From: Candidatus Omnitrophota bacterium
Lineage (GTDB): Bacteria; Omnitrophota; Gorgyraeia; Zapsychrales; Zapsychraceae
Length of the DNA stretch: 64,000 nucleotides
NCBI GenBank assembly: GCA_029261055.1
Contig: JAJDCA010000068.1
Coordinates: 69,275 to 133,274, forward strand
Direction of reading: 5' to 3'
Shown here: piece by piece, positions 26,974 to 37,032 of the stretch
Position numbering within the stretch: position 1 is the first letter of the stretch
How the letters are laid out: each line of letters starts with the position of its first letter
Notes under the pieces: generated by a model
Database searches by the model: none
What the model was told of the DNA's origin: nothing
The model's input: only the letters and a program-made list of their open reading frames with translations
Position numbers and translations under genes: made by a program

Positions 26974-27656
26974 AAATCTTTATTGACCGCATTTAAAATA
27001 AACGTATCATTTGTATATGTAAAATAATCCAGCGTAACTCGCCCAACACTGATATCCGAAAAATATTTTGAGAAGTAACTTTTGATATACCCAGGCGAAT
27101 CAAAATAGAAAAATACTTGTCCCTTACGAAAATCACTTTCCAAACCAATTTTATAACAGTGTGCATCGACGATTTGACTCCCCTGTAAAATCGTGTGCTT
27201 AGGCGCAACAGTAGACAACAAAAGCCATCCTCCAGGCTTTAAAACCCGGTGATATTCTTCAATAGCTTTCATAATCTTCTGCTCACAACCTTCATAGTGA
27301 ATAACGTCCCAAGAAACGATATAGTCAAAAAAGTTGTCTTCAAAAGGTAAATTAGAATTTGTACCAACACGAAAATCAGATTTATACCCAAACGACTCCA
27401 ATTGTTCCATACCTTGCCGGCATATTTCTTCTTCCACTTCTACCCCATATACATCCATCCCTAAACTTCCTAAAAAAATTGAATTATTTCCTGTCCCAAA
27501 TCCAACATCAAGGGCTTTCATCCCCTCATAGCCCTGTTGTTTATACGCCGGCATATACGTCCCTTTAAAAAAACGTATGAGGCTTTCATTGGGATACACC
27601 ATTCCTTTTTTTTCCTGACAATAAAAATTATTCCACTTCGTAAATGCTTGGTTCAT
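26970..27656 (-). CDS. Class I SAM-dependent methyltransferase
   Basis: ALDVGFGTGNNSIFL (motif I), YGVEV (post I), DYIVSWDVIHY (motif II/III). 228 aa. Confidence 0.75.
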   Translation of the reverse strand: MNQAFTKWNNFYCQEKKGMVYPNESLIRFFKGTYMPAYKQQGYEGMKALDVGFGTGNNSIFLGSLGMDVYGVEVEEEICRQGMEQLESFGYKSDFRVGTNSNLPFEDNFFDYIVSWDVIHYEGCEQKIMKAIEEYHRVLKPGGWLLLSTVAPKHTILQGSQIVDAHCYKIGLESDFRKGQVFFYFDSPGYIKSYFSKYFSDISVGRVTLDYFTYTNDTFILNAVNKDL

Positions 27657-27690
27657 CCTTTACTCCTTTCAAAAATTATTTTAATTAATC

Positions 27691-29874
27691 CTAATTGCAA
27701 AGCGTTCCTTGCTGAACTGTACTAATATCCTCTGAAATTTTTTTGGATATAATTTTATCTTTTCCCCATATTTTACCATACCGCTGTGCAGCGTCCGCCA
27801 GAACAGTTTCACGCGGTAAACCCGCCTTAAACCCTTCGATCAGCCATTCTAAATAGGTCCCCATCCTCTCAGCTGCACGGCCATCCCTAAAGGGATCAAG
27901 TTCGTTTAATATGTTGGACCAATCTCCAAACATTGGTATTCCTCCGGGACGATTCCAATGCTCCTCACAAGCATTCCAAAGGCTGTCTATATCTTTAAAA
28001 ATAACCTTATCCTTTTTCAGCTTATACAATGGGCTTCGAGGCATTCCTTCATAATCCAAAAATAGTGTAGGTGTTCCTGCTAAAGCAGCTTCGACTCCTG
28101 CGGTAGCAGCAAAAAAATGCCCATGAATAGCCACATCCGCTCCTAAAGAAGCTGCCACCGGAGGATACGATCCTTGAAGAACTCCACCCTCATAAATAAA
28201 ACATCTCCCCGTTTTTTCAGCAGACTTCAAAAGATCAGAAACAGATCCTAATTTTGATCTCAATGTTGCTGGATTTTTTGGTTTTAAAATAAGGCCAAAC
28301 CATGGATTTTCCAGCACCTTGTTAAGCAAATAGGAATAATTTTCAATCGTTGTTTTATAAGCAAAATTCCATCTGGGATGATTCGTAGGATTTTCGTCAA
28401 AATAAGCTGCAATTCTGTTAGCCCCGTGGCTTGTAAGAGAATTGCGAACATCATTTGCCTGTTTTTGCAAAAGGGTAAATCGATAATCTCCCAAATACCC
28501 AACGATAATATAATAGGGAATTGACGAACGCTGATCACACCCTTTATGTGCGCCATATTCTGAAAAACCAAAAACGACATCTGCTGTTGTATATGTCCAA
28601 GGAGTCGGAAAATGCTCAAACGAACGTTGATAAACGGCACCCACTCCACCAGTATCCTGAAGGGCATCGAGGATAACGCTGTGATCAGAAATATGTTTAT
28701 TCCAAGAGACATGCGTCTTTATATTATGACGTGTGATAAAATCAACCCAAAAATTATACCTTGCATGATAATTTTTAATATATTGTTGCACCCATCTCTG
28801 AGCAAAAACATGTTCCTCATCTCTAATTATATCGTCAGCTTGATCCGTATTATCCGTCTGCTGCTTATGTCTGAAAACATCAACATCAGGAGTAGCTGCT
28901 GCCCGAGAATTAATGGCTACAGCGGACAATCCATATTTTTTAATTTCTTTTAACTCCTTATCTGCAATGGGGGCTCTAGGAAGACCGAAATAAATTAGTA
29001 TATCTTTCGCGGAAAGAGATGATTCCTGACAAAAGAATAAATCTGAATACAGTTCGGGAGAATCAAAATTAAGATGCCCGTAATATTCAACCAAAACGCG
29101 CGGCCGCAGCCCTACTTTTTCACCTCTCTCTTGTTTAAAAACATTTTTAGTACTATCTGCTAAATTAAATTTCTTTAAAGTCATCATTTTCAGCACGTAA
29201 TATTTCACAACCATTCCGTAATATATTATCTGTTTTATAAATGATTTAAAACCATTGAAGATTAGAAAATATTTTTTGATATAAAAATAGTGTGCTCCTG
29301 TCGATATAATATTTATTTTTCTCTTTTGCGCAAATTGCTCTAATTCAGAAGACCAAGGCCTTTCATACATAAAATAATATACATTTTGACCAGAAGCCTT
29401 AACGATGCCATTGGAATTCTCTCTATAATCGATAATCCGAATGAAATAAATAAGCTCTAACATCGACGACATATTCCTGGCTTTTAAATCACACTCTAGC
29501 ATACACCGACTTAAAAATGGCTGCAGCCTATGAGCTGCCTTGTATTGTTTTAGCACTTTTTGAATTACAGGATTATCTTTGAAATTATCTTGAATGCCTA
29601 TGGCATCTTCTATTGTTTTCATCCAAATTAAATTACCATCGTGATCCCGCGTTTCTCCTTGACTAAACTTTACTTGTTCAACCTGTATTTTTATAGGCCG
29701 CAAAATTAAACGTGCAAATAATAAACCTGGCCCGGAATTATTGAAATAATATATTTTTTCATTTTCCTGAAATGTTCTGAATCTATTTTTAAAGAAATAA
29801 GGTAAAATACTAAACACCAAAGTGCAAACTGTAAGATCTTCTATATAAAATGTAGACGATTTCATATTATTCAT
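27691..29874 (-). CDS. Large hypothetical protein (727 aa), possible GT-B/TagF- or KpsC-like capsule/glycan polymerising transferase
   Basis: C-terminal KPKNPATLRS...YEGGVLQGS...AIHGHFFAATAGVEAALAGTPTLFLD resembles GT-B C-terminal halves. The rest is unassigned. Same overall architecture as 17563-19398. Confidence 0.3.
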   Translation of the reverse strand: MNNMKSSTFYIEDLTVCTLVFSILPYFFKNRFRTFQENEKIYYFNNSGPGLLFARLILRPIKIQVEQVKFSQGETRDHDGNLIWMKTIEDAIGIQDNFKDNPVIQKVLKQYKAAHRLQPFLSRCMLECDLKARNMSSMLELIYFIRIIDYRENSNGIVKASGQNVYYFMYERPWSSELEQFAQKRKINIISTGAHYFYIKKYFLIFNGFKSFIKQIIYYGMVVKYYVLKMMTLKKFNLADSTKNVFKQERGEKVGLRPRVLVEYYGHLNFDSPELYSDLFFCQESSLSAKDILIYFGLPRAPIADKELKEIKKYGLSAVAINSRAAATPDVDVFRHKQQTDNTDQADDIIRDEEHVFAQRWVQQYIKNYHARYNFWVDFITRHNIKTHVSWNKHISDHSVILDALQDTGGVGAVYQRSFEHFPTPWTYTTADVVFGFSEYGAHKGCDQRSSIPYYIIVGYLGDYRFTLLQKQANDVRNSLTSHGANRIAAYFDENPTNHPRWNFAYKTTIENYSYLLNKVLENPWFGLILKPKNPATLRSKLGSVSDLLKSAEKTGRCFIYEGGVLQGSYPPVAASLGADVAIHGHFFAATAGVEAALAGTPTLFLDYEGMPRSPLYKLKKDKVIFKDIDSLWNACEEHWNRPGGIPMFGDWSNILNELDPFRDGRAAERMGTYLEWLIEGFKAGLPRETVLADAAQRYGKIWGKDKIISKKISEDISTVQQGTLCN

Positions 29875-29875
29875 T

Positions 29876-32068
29876 TTAAATTGATGTTGTGTTAGAAAAG
29901 ACTTCTTTTGCTACATCATCTCTGACCAACCCCTTGACTCCACTGATAACACCCTTCACATCTTTGTCAGACATCGTAGGATAAAGAGGAATGGATAAGC
30001 ACCCTTTATAATACTGTTCTGCTACTGGACAATTGCCCCAATCTGTTCCAAAATTCTTTCTATAATATGGCTGCGTGTATACAGGAATATAGTGGGCCTG
30101 CGTTTGTATTCCCTTTTTCAATAATTCAGCCATAACATGAGCTCTGCCTATCCCAATCTTCTTGAAATCAAACAAAAGAACATACAGGTGAAAATTACTG
30201 TCACAAAATTCTTCCTCGAAAGGAACCGTCAACCATTCAATGTCTTTGAAGGCGGCGTTATATTGTTCAACGATCTCGCGCCTTTTCTGACAAAATTTAT
30301 CCAATTTTTTTAATTGAGAAATGCCCAAAGCACACTGAATTTCCGTCATCCGATAATTGTGCCCCAAAAATTTTTGTTCATAATACCATCGTTTTCTTAT
30401 TGGTTCGTCACCGTCCTCGCCCTTTTCAAAGGCATCTTCTCTACAAACAAATTCTTCAGAATTGCCGGTAATTCCATGTGATCGCAAGGTAATCAATTTC
30501 TTGTACAAATTATTATCACTAGTCAATACAGCCCCTCCCTCGCCCGTCGTAATATGTTTAACCGGATGAAAACTCATCACTGCCATGTTTGAGTGTTTGC
30601 ATAAACCCACCTTTGCATTTTTGTAACGAGATCCTAAAGCATGACAGGCATCTTCGATAATATATATTTTATGTCCATATTTTTTTTCACCTGCTTTAAC
30701 AATATCTAAAATGGCCTCCATATCACAGCTCTGTCCGGCAAAGTGGACGGGAATCACCGCCTTGGTTTTTTCATTAATTTTTTTCTCAAGTTCCACAGGG
30801 GACAGATTGTACGTACGAGGGTCGATATCGACAAAAACAGGTTTTCCACCGCAATAAACAGCACAATTCGCCGAGGCAACAAAGGTATTGGGAGATGTAA
30901 TCACCTCATCGCCAGAGCCGACCCCTGCCGCCAAACACGCAATATGTAACGCCGATGTCCCGGAATTGACCGAAACAGCAAAAGAAGCCTCGGTTACTCC
31001 GCATACAGCCGACTCAAATTCCTGAATTTTAGGGCCCTGTGTAATGGATTTTGATTTTAAAACATCGACAACCGCAGCAATATCATCCTCATCAATACAC
31101 TGCCGTCCATATGGAATCAAATCCGAGGATGCTGGATAAATATTCTTACATTCCCAGCTTGATCTTATAATACCCGGAAATCCCTTTTTAAAATCTTCCA
31201 CAAAAGAATCTATGGAACTAGACATGGAGGGAATATTGATCGAGAGATCATCAGCTAATTTACTTATATCCAAACTCAAATTTTTGCATCGCTTTGCTTT
31301 AAAACGAAAGTCATCCAGCAAAATGGGATTGATCAAACTTTTATCAAAATCCAACCGATCTGCAATTTCTAAAATAAACTCGTATTTCGACATCGAGGTA
31401 CTACTTGCGCAATTATATATTCCAGATATGTCCTTCTTGATAGCCGCGTCTAGGACCTTTGCCAATTCGAATGTATACATTGCCGAGAAAATGCAGTCCG
31501 TAAATCCCTGTATTTTATTTTTGCGACTAAGCTCATTAATAGCCCACTCTCCCAGACTCAATTTATCCTGGATATTCCACCCAAAAAAATTAGTTCTTAA
31601 AATTAATACATTTTCTCTTTTTAAAGCCTCCTGTTCAGATTTATATTTGGTCTTCCCATAACAATTAACTGGATGGATTAGATCTCCCTCAGAAAAATGG
31701 CCCTTCTTACCGTCATAAACAAGATCTGTAGAAATAGAAATAAATTTCATTTGATGGTCGTTGAGACTTTCAACCAAATTCCTCGTTCCTAATACATTAA
31801 TTCTTTCAGCATCCTGCGGGCTTACTTCACAAGTGTCCACATCCGCCTGGGCCGCACAATGAATAATGATTTCGGGTTTAATTTCCTCAATGAGCCCGTG
31901 CACATCTTTGCAGGAGGTCAGATCCATGCCTACCGTACGGATCCCGTCCATTTCGCATTGATGTGTATGGTATAACCCCACAATGTCGTAGGTGTCTTTA
32001 AGGCAATACGCGATATTATTCCCTAGTAATCCGCTGATCCCTGTAATTAACATTCGTTTTTTTTGCAT
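29876..32068 (-). CDS. Fusion protein: N-terminal RmlD-like NAD(P)-dependent sugar reductase/epimerase + C-terminal DegT-family PLP aminotransferase
   Basis: N-term MLITGISGLLGNNIAY...YHTH (RmlD-like Rossmann, ~300 aa). C-term IPYGRQCIDEDDIAAV...GDEVITSPNTFVASANCAV...VFVDID...SFHPVKHIT (DegT motifs incl. Lys). 730 aa. Confidence 0.75.
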   Translation of the reverse strand: MQKKRMLITGISGLLGNNIAYCLKDTYDIVGLYHTHQCEMDGIRTVGMDLTSCKDVHGLIEEIKPEIIIHCAAQADVDTCEVSPQDAERINVLGTRNLVESLNDHQMKFISISTDLVYDGKKGHFSEGDLIHPVNCYGKTKYKSEQEALKRENVLILRTNFFGWNIQDKLSLGEWAINELSRKNKIQGFTDCIFSAMYTFELAKVLDAAIKKDISGIYNCASSTSMSKYEFILEIADRLDFDKSLINPILLDDFRFKAKRCKNLSLDISKLADDLSINIPSMSSSIDSFVEDFKKGFPGIIRSSWECKNIYPASSDLIPYGRQCIDEDDIAAVVDVLKSKSITQGPKIQEFESAVCGVTEASFAVSVNSGTSALHIACLAAGVGSGDEVITSPNTFVASANCAVYCGGKPVFVDIDPRTYNLSPVELEKKINEKTKAVIPVHFAGQSCDMEAILDIVKAGEKKYGHKIYIIEDACHALGSRYKNAKVGLCKHSNMAVMSFHPVKHITTGEGGAVLTSDNNLYKKLITLRSHGITGNSEEFVCREDAFEKGEDGDEPIRKRWYYEQKFLGHNYRMTEIQCALGISQLKKLDKFCQKRREIVEQYNAAFKDIEWLTVPFEEEFCDSNFHLYVLLFDFKKIGIGRAHVMAELLKKGIQTQAHYIPVYTQPYYRKNFGTDWGNCPVAEQYYKGCLSIPLYPTMSDKDVKGVISGVKGLVRDDVAKEVFSNTTSI

Positions 32069-32079
32069 TTCTTGCCCTT

Positions 32080-33873
32080 TTATGCCTTGGCCATTTTACG
32101 AAACTGTTGGTTGCCTGCTAAAAGCTCCTCATACGTGCCTTGATCAAAAATTTTGCCTTGCTCAAGCATATAGATAACATCACACTCCTTCACAGTACTC
32201 AACCTATGCGCAATAAAAACAATGGTCTTTTTATGCGTTAAATTATGAACAGAGTCCAAAATGGCATCTTCCGTAATCCCGTCAAGAGCGCTCGTGGCCT
32301 CATCAAACACTAATAATAATGGATCATGATAAAGTGCTCTGGCAATGCCTATCCGTTGCTTTTGGCCTCCACTAAGACGAATCCCCCGTTCCCCCACTTC
32401 CGTTTCGTATTTGTGGGAAAGTTCTTGTGTAACAAAATCATGAATATTGGCTAATCGTGCCGCCCGTTCAACAGCCTTGTGATCAATTTCATCATCCCTA
32501 ATACCAAACGCAATGTTGCGCGTAATCGTATCATCACAAAGATAGATATTCTGGGGAACATATCCAATATTCGCCTGCCAACCACGTAAATTCTCTGTTG
32601 TCAATACTGTACCATCCACCGTAATTGTTCCCTGCTGCGGACGTAATAAACCAAGAAGAACATCAATAATCGTTGTTTTACCTGCACCGGTATCTCCAAC
32701 GAACCCAACGGTTGTATTTGCTTTAACGATTAAACTTAAATTCTTTAAAACAGACTTCTGCGCTTTTGGATATTGAAAGGTAACATTTTGAAATTCAATC
32801 TTGCCTAAAAACGGCAGCGCCTGCGTAGGTCCTAATTGTTTCTTCTCCCCCCCATGCGAGCAGTTAAAATAATTATGATAAATTTTATCCAGTGTCGCGC
32901 GGCCAAACCGCATTGAGGTAATATCACTAAAAATTTGGTGTAATGCTGGTAAAAGACGATAGGCAGCAAACGCATAAAGGCCGATCAAAGGAATAATCTG
33001 TTGATAATCATTCTTTACCCTAATCAAACAAATCGTTATAAGCAATATTCCCCCGAACCCTAAGACTTCAAAGGCATACCGTGGAAATTGCGAAATCAAA
33101 AATTGCGAAGAATAACAGCGGATAATTTTTTTTGTCGGATCGGAATAACCCTCAATAAATTTTTCCTCTGTTCCCAAAATCTTGATATCTTTTATTCCAC
33201 CAAAAGCTTCATTCAACGATTTATACATTTTTTTACTGTGTTCCATAAGTTCCTCACCCGAACGGGAGAGCCTCTTTCTACAAAACATGTAAATAACCGC
33301 GTATCCCCCGCCAATAAGCAGCAAAACCATTGTCGCTACCACAGGATCCACAATCATCAATAAGCCCAATGTTAATAAGGCCAGCAGGACTCTCGCCATC
33401 AGCTGCATAAATGGAATAAGCGTGCTGCTCACAACTCGGGCCACCTCTGATATTAAATAAGCCGTTAACTCAGAACTATTGCGATTAAGAAAAAACACAT
33501 ACGGTTCATACAGGTATTGGGATAACAGGCGAGTCGATATAATATGATGTTTTAACCATGTAAACCGCAATAATGCTATCATGGTCATGGCACGAAAACT
33601 ATTACTAGCAAGCAAAATAACAAACGATGCCATTCCAAGAGCCATGAAAAAATGACTATCGTCCGTAAATCCCATATTGTCATAGAGCCACTTTAGCTTG
33701 CTATTTGTCTGGATCACTTCCGGATTCGAAATGACACTGAGAAACGGAAAGATCGAAGCAATTCCCACAATATCCAACAAGGACATAAGGATAATCATCA
33801 CGATCAATCCATAAAGCCCTTTGTTTTCACCTATGGTCAGCAATGTCCAAATTTTTTTAAATCTTTCCAACAT
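32080..33873 (-). CDS. ABC exporter, fused transmembrane + ATP-binding domains (MsbA/type-I exporter-like)
   Basis: Six predicted TM helices N-terminally. GDTGAGKTT Walker A, LSGGQKQRIGIARAL signature, LLVFDEATSALD Walker B. 597 aa. Confidence 0.9.
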   Translation of the reverse strand: MLERFKKIWTLLTIGENKGLYGLIVMIILMSLLDIVGIASIFPFLSVISNPEVIQTNSKLKWLYDNMGFTDDSHFFMALGMASFVILLASNSFRAMTMIALLRFTWLKHHIISTRLLSQYLYEPYVFFLNRNSSELTAYLISEVARVVSSTLIPFMQLMARVLLALLTLGLLMIVDPVVATMVLLLIGGGYAVIYMFCRKRLSRSGEELMEHSKKMYKSLNEAFGGIKDIKILGTEEKFIEGYSDPTKKIIRCYSSQFLISQFPRYAFEVLGFGGILLITICLIRVKNDYQQIIPLIGLYAFAAYRLLPALHQIFSDITSMRFGRATLDKIYHNYFNCSHGGEKKQLGPTQALPFLGKIEFQNVTFQYPKAQKSVLKNLSLIVKANTTVGFVGDTGAGKTTIIDVLLGLLRPQQGTITVDGTVLTTENLRGWQANIGYVPQNIYLCDDTITRNIAFGIRDDEIDHKAVERAARLANIHDFVTQELSHKYETEVGERGIRLSGGQKQRIGIARALYHDPLLLVFDEATSALDGITEDAILDSVHNLTHKKTIVFIAHRLSTVKECDVIYMLEQGKIFDQGTYEELLAGNQQFRKMAKA

Positions 33874-33878
33874 CCCTT

Positions 33879-35054
33879 TTACCTCAATTCTTCAAAGTTA
33901 TTTAAATTAAATTCACTCAAAAAACGTTCTTTTATACTTTTATTACTCGGGCCGTATGGAAGAATCAATTTTTCCGATCTGTCCATGGATTTGGGATGAA
34001 CAACTTTTTTTCCACGAAAAGAAGATTCCGTACGATTGACATTTTCATCAACAAAAAAAAGATTTTTATCGCCTAAAATTCCATCAACAAATGCAGCCGT
34101 CACAGTAGTTCCCAGAACGCCAATATTGGATTCATCAGAAATTGCTTCCAATTTTTCCTTTTGCTCGCGCAAATATTGAATAATCTGATAAATATTTAAA
34201 TCTTCTTTGGGGGGGGATGCTCTATGGCGATCTGTCAATTTTGAAATAACTACCACATCCCGCGGGAAGCAATCATTCTCAATGAAAGTACAGTCAAACC
34301 CATTTTGACTTAAAATATTTTTTAAAATACAAGGTGTAAAATAAAAATACTGATCGGCCAGAAGGAGTGAATAGGGATTCATCGACATATCGGGCATCTG
34401 TATAAACAATTTTCCTTCCGGCTTGATCAATCTTTGAATGTGTTTAAATAATCCATGCATATCCTTTATGTACATCATGGAACACGACAAACAGATCAAA
34501 TCAAATTTTTCCTTAATATTTTCCAATCCGGATGACCAAAATGTAAAATTCTTTTGTTCAGGAAAAAGTGGCTTTAGGTATTCATTAACATCAAACCCAT
34601 GAAATTGCGCCTCAGGAACACGATCAGAGAGTTCACGAAGCAACTCACCGTCAAAACATCCAATATCTAAAATTTTTGTTGTATTCGTGTTCGATAAATA
34701 CCCTTTTAAAATTTCTGCCTGTAAATATGACCGTGTTACCCTTTTGTTTATGTCTTTTACAAAGTACGTCTGATTGGTAATCTGTCCTTGGGCATAATCA
34801 GAACTTTCATAAATGGCATCAATTTTCTTCTGCTGTGAGAAATCAAGAATGTTAACCAGTAACTGGCATCGAGGACATCGGCCAATGACTCCATTTTCAC
34901 CAAGATCAATAAAACCAAAATGTTGAAATAAAGGTAATTCAACCTTTATAAGCTCCAAGGACACCTCACAAAAAGGACACTCCTTATTTAGAAAATCCTT
35001 AGAATCAGTTTCAAAGTCAATATTTACTTTTGAAGATGAAAAACTTGTCATCAT
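33879..35054 (-). CDS. Zinc-ribbon SAM-dependent methyltransferase, C-methyltransferase-like (TylC3-type architecture) candidate
   Basis: N-terminal CPFC...CPRC zinc-ribbon, central ILDIGCFDGELL motif I, extra C-terminal domain. 391 aa. Confidence 0.5.
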   Translation of the reverse strand: MMTSFSSSKVNIDFETDSKDFLNKECPFCEVSLELIKVELPLFQHFGFIDLGENGVIGRCPRCQLLVNILDFSQQKKIDAIYESSDYAQGQITNQTYFVKDINKRVTRSYLQAEILKGYLSNTNTTKILDIGCFDGELLRELSDRVPEAQFHGFDVNEYLKPLFPEQKNFTFWSSGLENIKEKFDLICLSCSMMYIKDMHGLFKHIQRLIKPEGKLFIQMPDMSMNPYSLLLADQYFYFTPCILKNILSQNGFDCTFIENDCFPRDVVVISKLTDRHRASPPKEDLNIYQIIQYLREQKEKLEAISDESNIGVLGTTVTAAFVDGILGDKNLFFVDENVNRTESSFRGKKVVHPKSMDRSEKLILPYGPSNKSIKERFLSEFNLNNFEELR

Positions 35055-35956
35055 TGATTCACCTGAACTGTATAACTTTTATTTTTATTCCACATGTCCG
35101 TAACTTGTTTTATACATTGTTCAATCGATGTAAATTTATAATTTATCTCCTGATCCAATCTCTTTGTCACCAGCGTCGTATTTTTAGGGCGTAAAAATGG
35201 TTCTCCCAAATCATCTAATGACATTCGTTGAACATTTTTTGAACTTACCCCCAAACAGTCAGCCATTTTTACGGCTAAATCATATCTGGACCATACCTCG
35301 GGCGAGCTAACATTGACCACACCAGTAACATTGTTCTTCTGCAATAATTGAATCGCATTGATCACATCCGAAAGAAGTGTGATGGAAAATATCTGGTCAT
35401 ACGCAGCACGGATAGTTCCTCCTGAGATTAAAACGGAAGCCATGTCATCAAGAATTGTTCTATCGCCATACTCAAGCGTAAAAATTTTGGTTAGCCGCAC
35501 TATCAAATAATTTTCTTTACAAATTTCTTTCATACGCCGTTCAATCTCGGCCTTTTGTTTCCCATATTCATTAACTGGATTTAAAGGTGCCTCGTCATCA
35601 TAAGAGCCTTTCTTCCCGTCAAATACTGTGTCGCTTGAAAAATATATAGGTTTAATACCTTCTTTGACTAACTGTTGAATGAGCTGAATCGTCCCCTCCG
35701 TCATTCGTTTTGTATATTCTTTTTCGTTCTCACAAACTTTCAATCCAGTTATTGCAGCACAAATAATAGCAGCTTTATGACCAGACTCAGCAAGCTTCAA
35801 TGCAGCGATATCAGGATCAAGTAGATTCAAATAATCCCAATCCCCTTTTGTTGATTGCCTCGTCGTTCCAATACAATCAGGATGGGCCTTCTTGCATTCC
35901 GAATACAAAGCGTTTCCGATAAACCCTGTTCTACCGATAATTGCTGTTTTTATCAT
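35051..35956 (-). CDS. NAD(P)-dependent epimerase/reductase (RmlD-like extended SDR)
   Basis: MIKTAIIGRTGFIGNAL Rossmann start; 301 aa; RmlD-like length and YxxxK. Confidence 0.7.
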   Translation of the reverse strand: MIKTAIIGRTGFIGNALYSECKKAHPDCIGTTRQSTKGDWDYLNLLDPDIAALKLAESGHKAAIICAAITGLKVCENEKEYTKRMTEGTIQLIQQLVKEGIKPIYFSSDTVFDGKKGSYDDEAPLNPVNEYGKQKAEIERRMKEICKENYLIVRLTKIFTLEYGDRTILDDMASVLISGGTIRAAYDQIFSITLLSDVINAIQLLQKNNVTGVVNVSSPEVWSRYDLAVKMADCLGVSSKNVQRMSLDDLGEPFLRPKNTTLVTKRLDQEINYKFTSIEQCIKQVTDMWNKNKSYTVQVNQ

Positions 35957-37032
35957 AAAGCAAACTCTACTGTGGGCTTTTTTTCAATCTGCATTCTCCA
36001 CATTTTTTCAATTAAACGCAAATCTTCCAAGGCATCTTCTCCCGAAGTAAGGGTCTCTGACCTTTCTAAAACATAATCTACAAACGCCTCAGCCTGCCTT
36101 TTAAAAGCCCATGTCCAATTTGATTGAGGCTTCACTATGTTCGGTTGCTCACCGGCGATATAAAGCTCGACATTAGCCGCCACATTCCTCAAAAGAGGAG
36201 GAGGTGTTTTGATTAATAAATTTCCCCCCTCAAAAAATAACTCAACCTCTTCATGCCAATAATGATAATTCGACCGGCCGGTTTCTAAAGAAACAACACA
36301 GGGGCCTAAATTAAGCGCGGCCAATCTTCCTTTCAGCCAGGTAAAATTCACATATTGCGGCTCAGGATTTTGGTCAAACAAATATCTGAGAAGATTGGTA
36401 TTATGGGAATAAGTATTTAAATAACCAGAAAAATGGAGTTCGTATTCTTTGGGAATCCATGCAGGAGCTATTTCACTTCCGCCATCGGGATAGCTGACTT
36501 GTTCATCCGTTGTAATATGCCCACCGGCATTCGCAAATGAGTCTCCCATAAAGCATGTGGCCCTTACAAAAATAAGGTCCCCTAATTTTTTAGTAACCAT
36601 AATATCATTAAACATCTGCTTTGCTTTCTGAATACCTTCATCATACCTTTTCATGTACCCAACGACATACTTAACATTTTTCGCCTTAGCTGTTGCCACT
36701 AATTTTTCTCCTTGCTCTAAAGTGCATGCCATAGGCTTCTCGGTTAAGACATGTTTACCGGCCAAAAGACAATCCAGAGCAACGGAGTATGTATACGGTC
36801 TGGGTGTTACCACAATAACCGCCTGAACTTCTGGGTCGTCCAATAACTGCTGATGCGTTTCATAAGTTCTGGGAATTTGATATCTTAATGCAACCTTTTC
36901 CCGCAAAGACGGTCTCATTTCCGCAAGGGCGACAACTTCACAATCCTTGATCTCGACATAATTCATCAAATGAGCGACCTGCCCCATATAGCCAGCACCG
37001 ATCATACCGATTTTTAATTTTTGGCTAGACAT
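35953..37032 (-). CDS. Gfo/Idh/MocA family sugar oxidoreductase
   Basis: LKIGMIGAGYMGQVAH Rossmann motif; VLTEKPMA (EKP motif); 359 aa. Confidence 0.8.
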   Translation of the reverse strand: MSSQKLKIGMIGAGYMGQVAHLMNYVEIKDCEVVALAEMRPSLREKVALRYQIPRTYETHQQLLDDPEVQAVIVVTPRPYTYSVALDCLLAGKHVLTEKPMACTLEQGEKLVATAKAKNVKYVVGYMKRYDEGIQKAKQMFNDIMVTKKLGDLIFVRATCFMGDSFANAGGHITTDEQVSYPDGGSEIAPAWIPKEYELHFSGYLNTYSHNTNLLRYLFDQNPEPQYVNFTWLKGRLAALNLGPCVVSLETGRSNYHYWHEEVELFFEGGNLLIKTPPPLLRNVAANVELYIAGEQPNIVKPQSNWTWAFKRQAEAFVDYVLERSETLTSGEDALEDLRLIEKMWRMQIEKKPTVEFAL

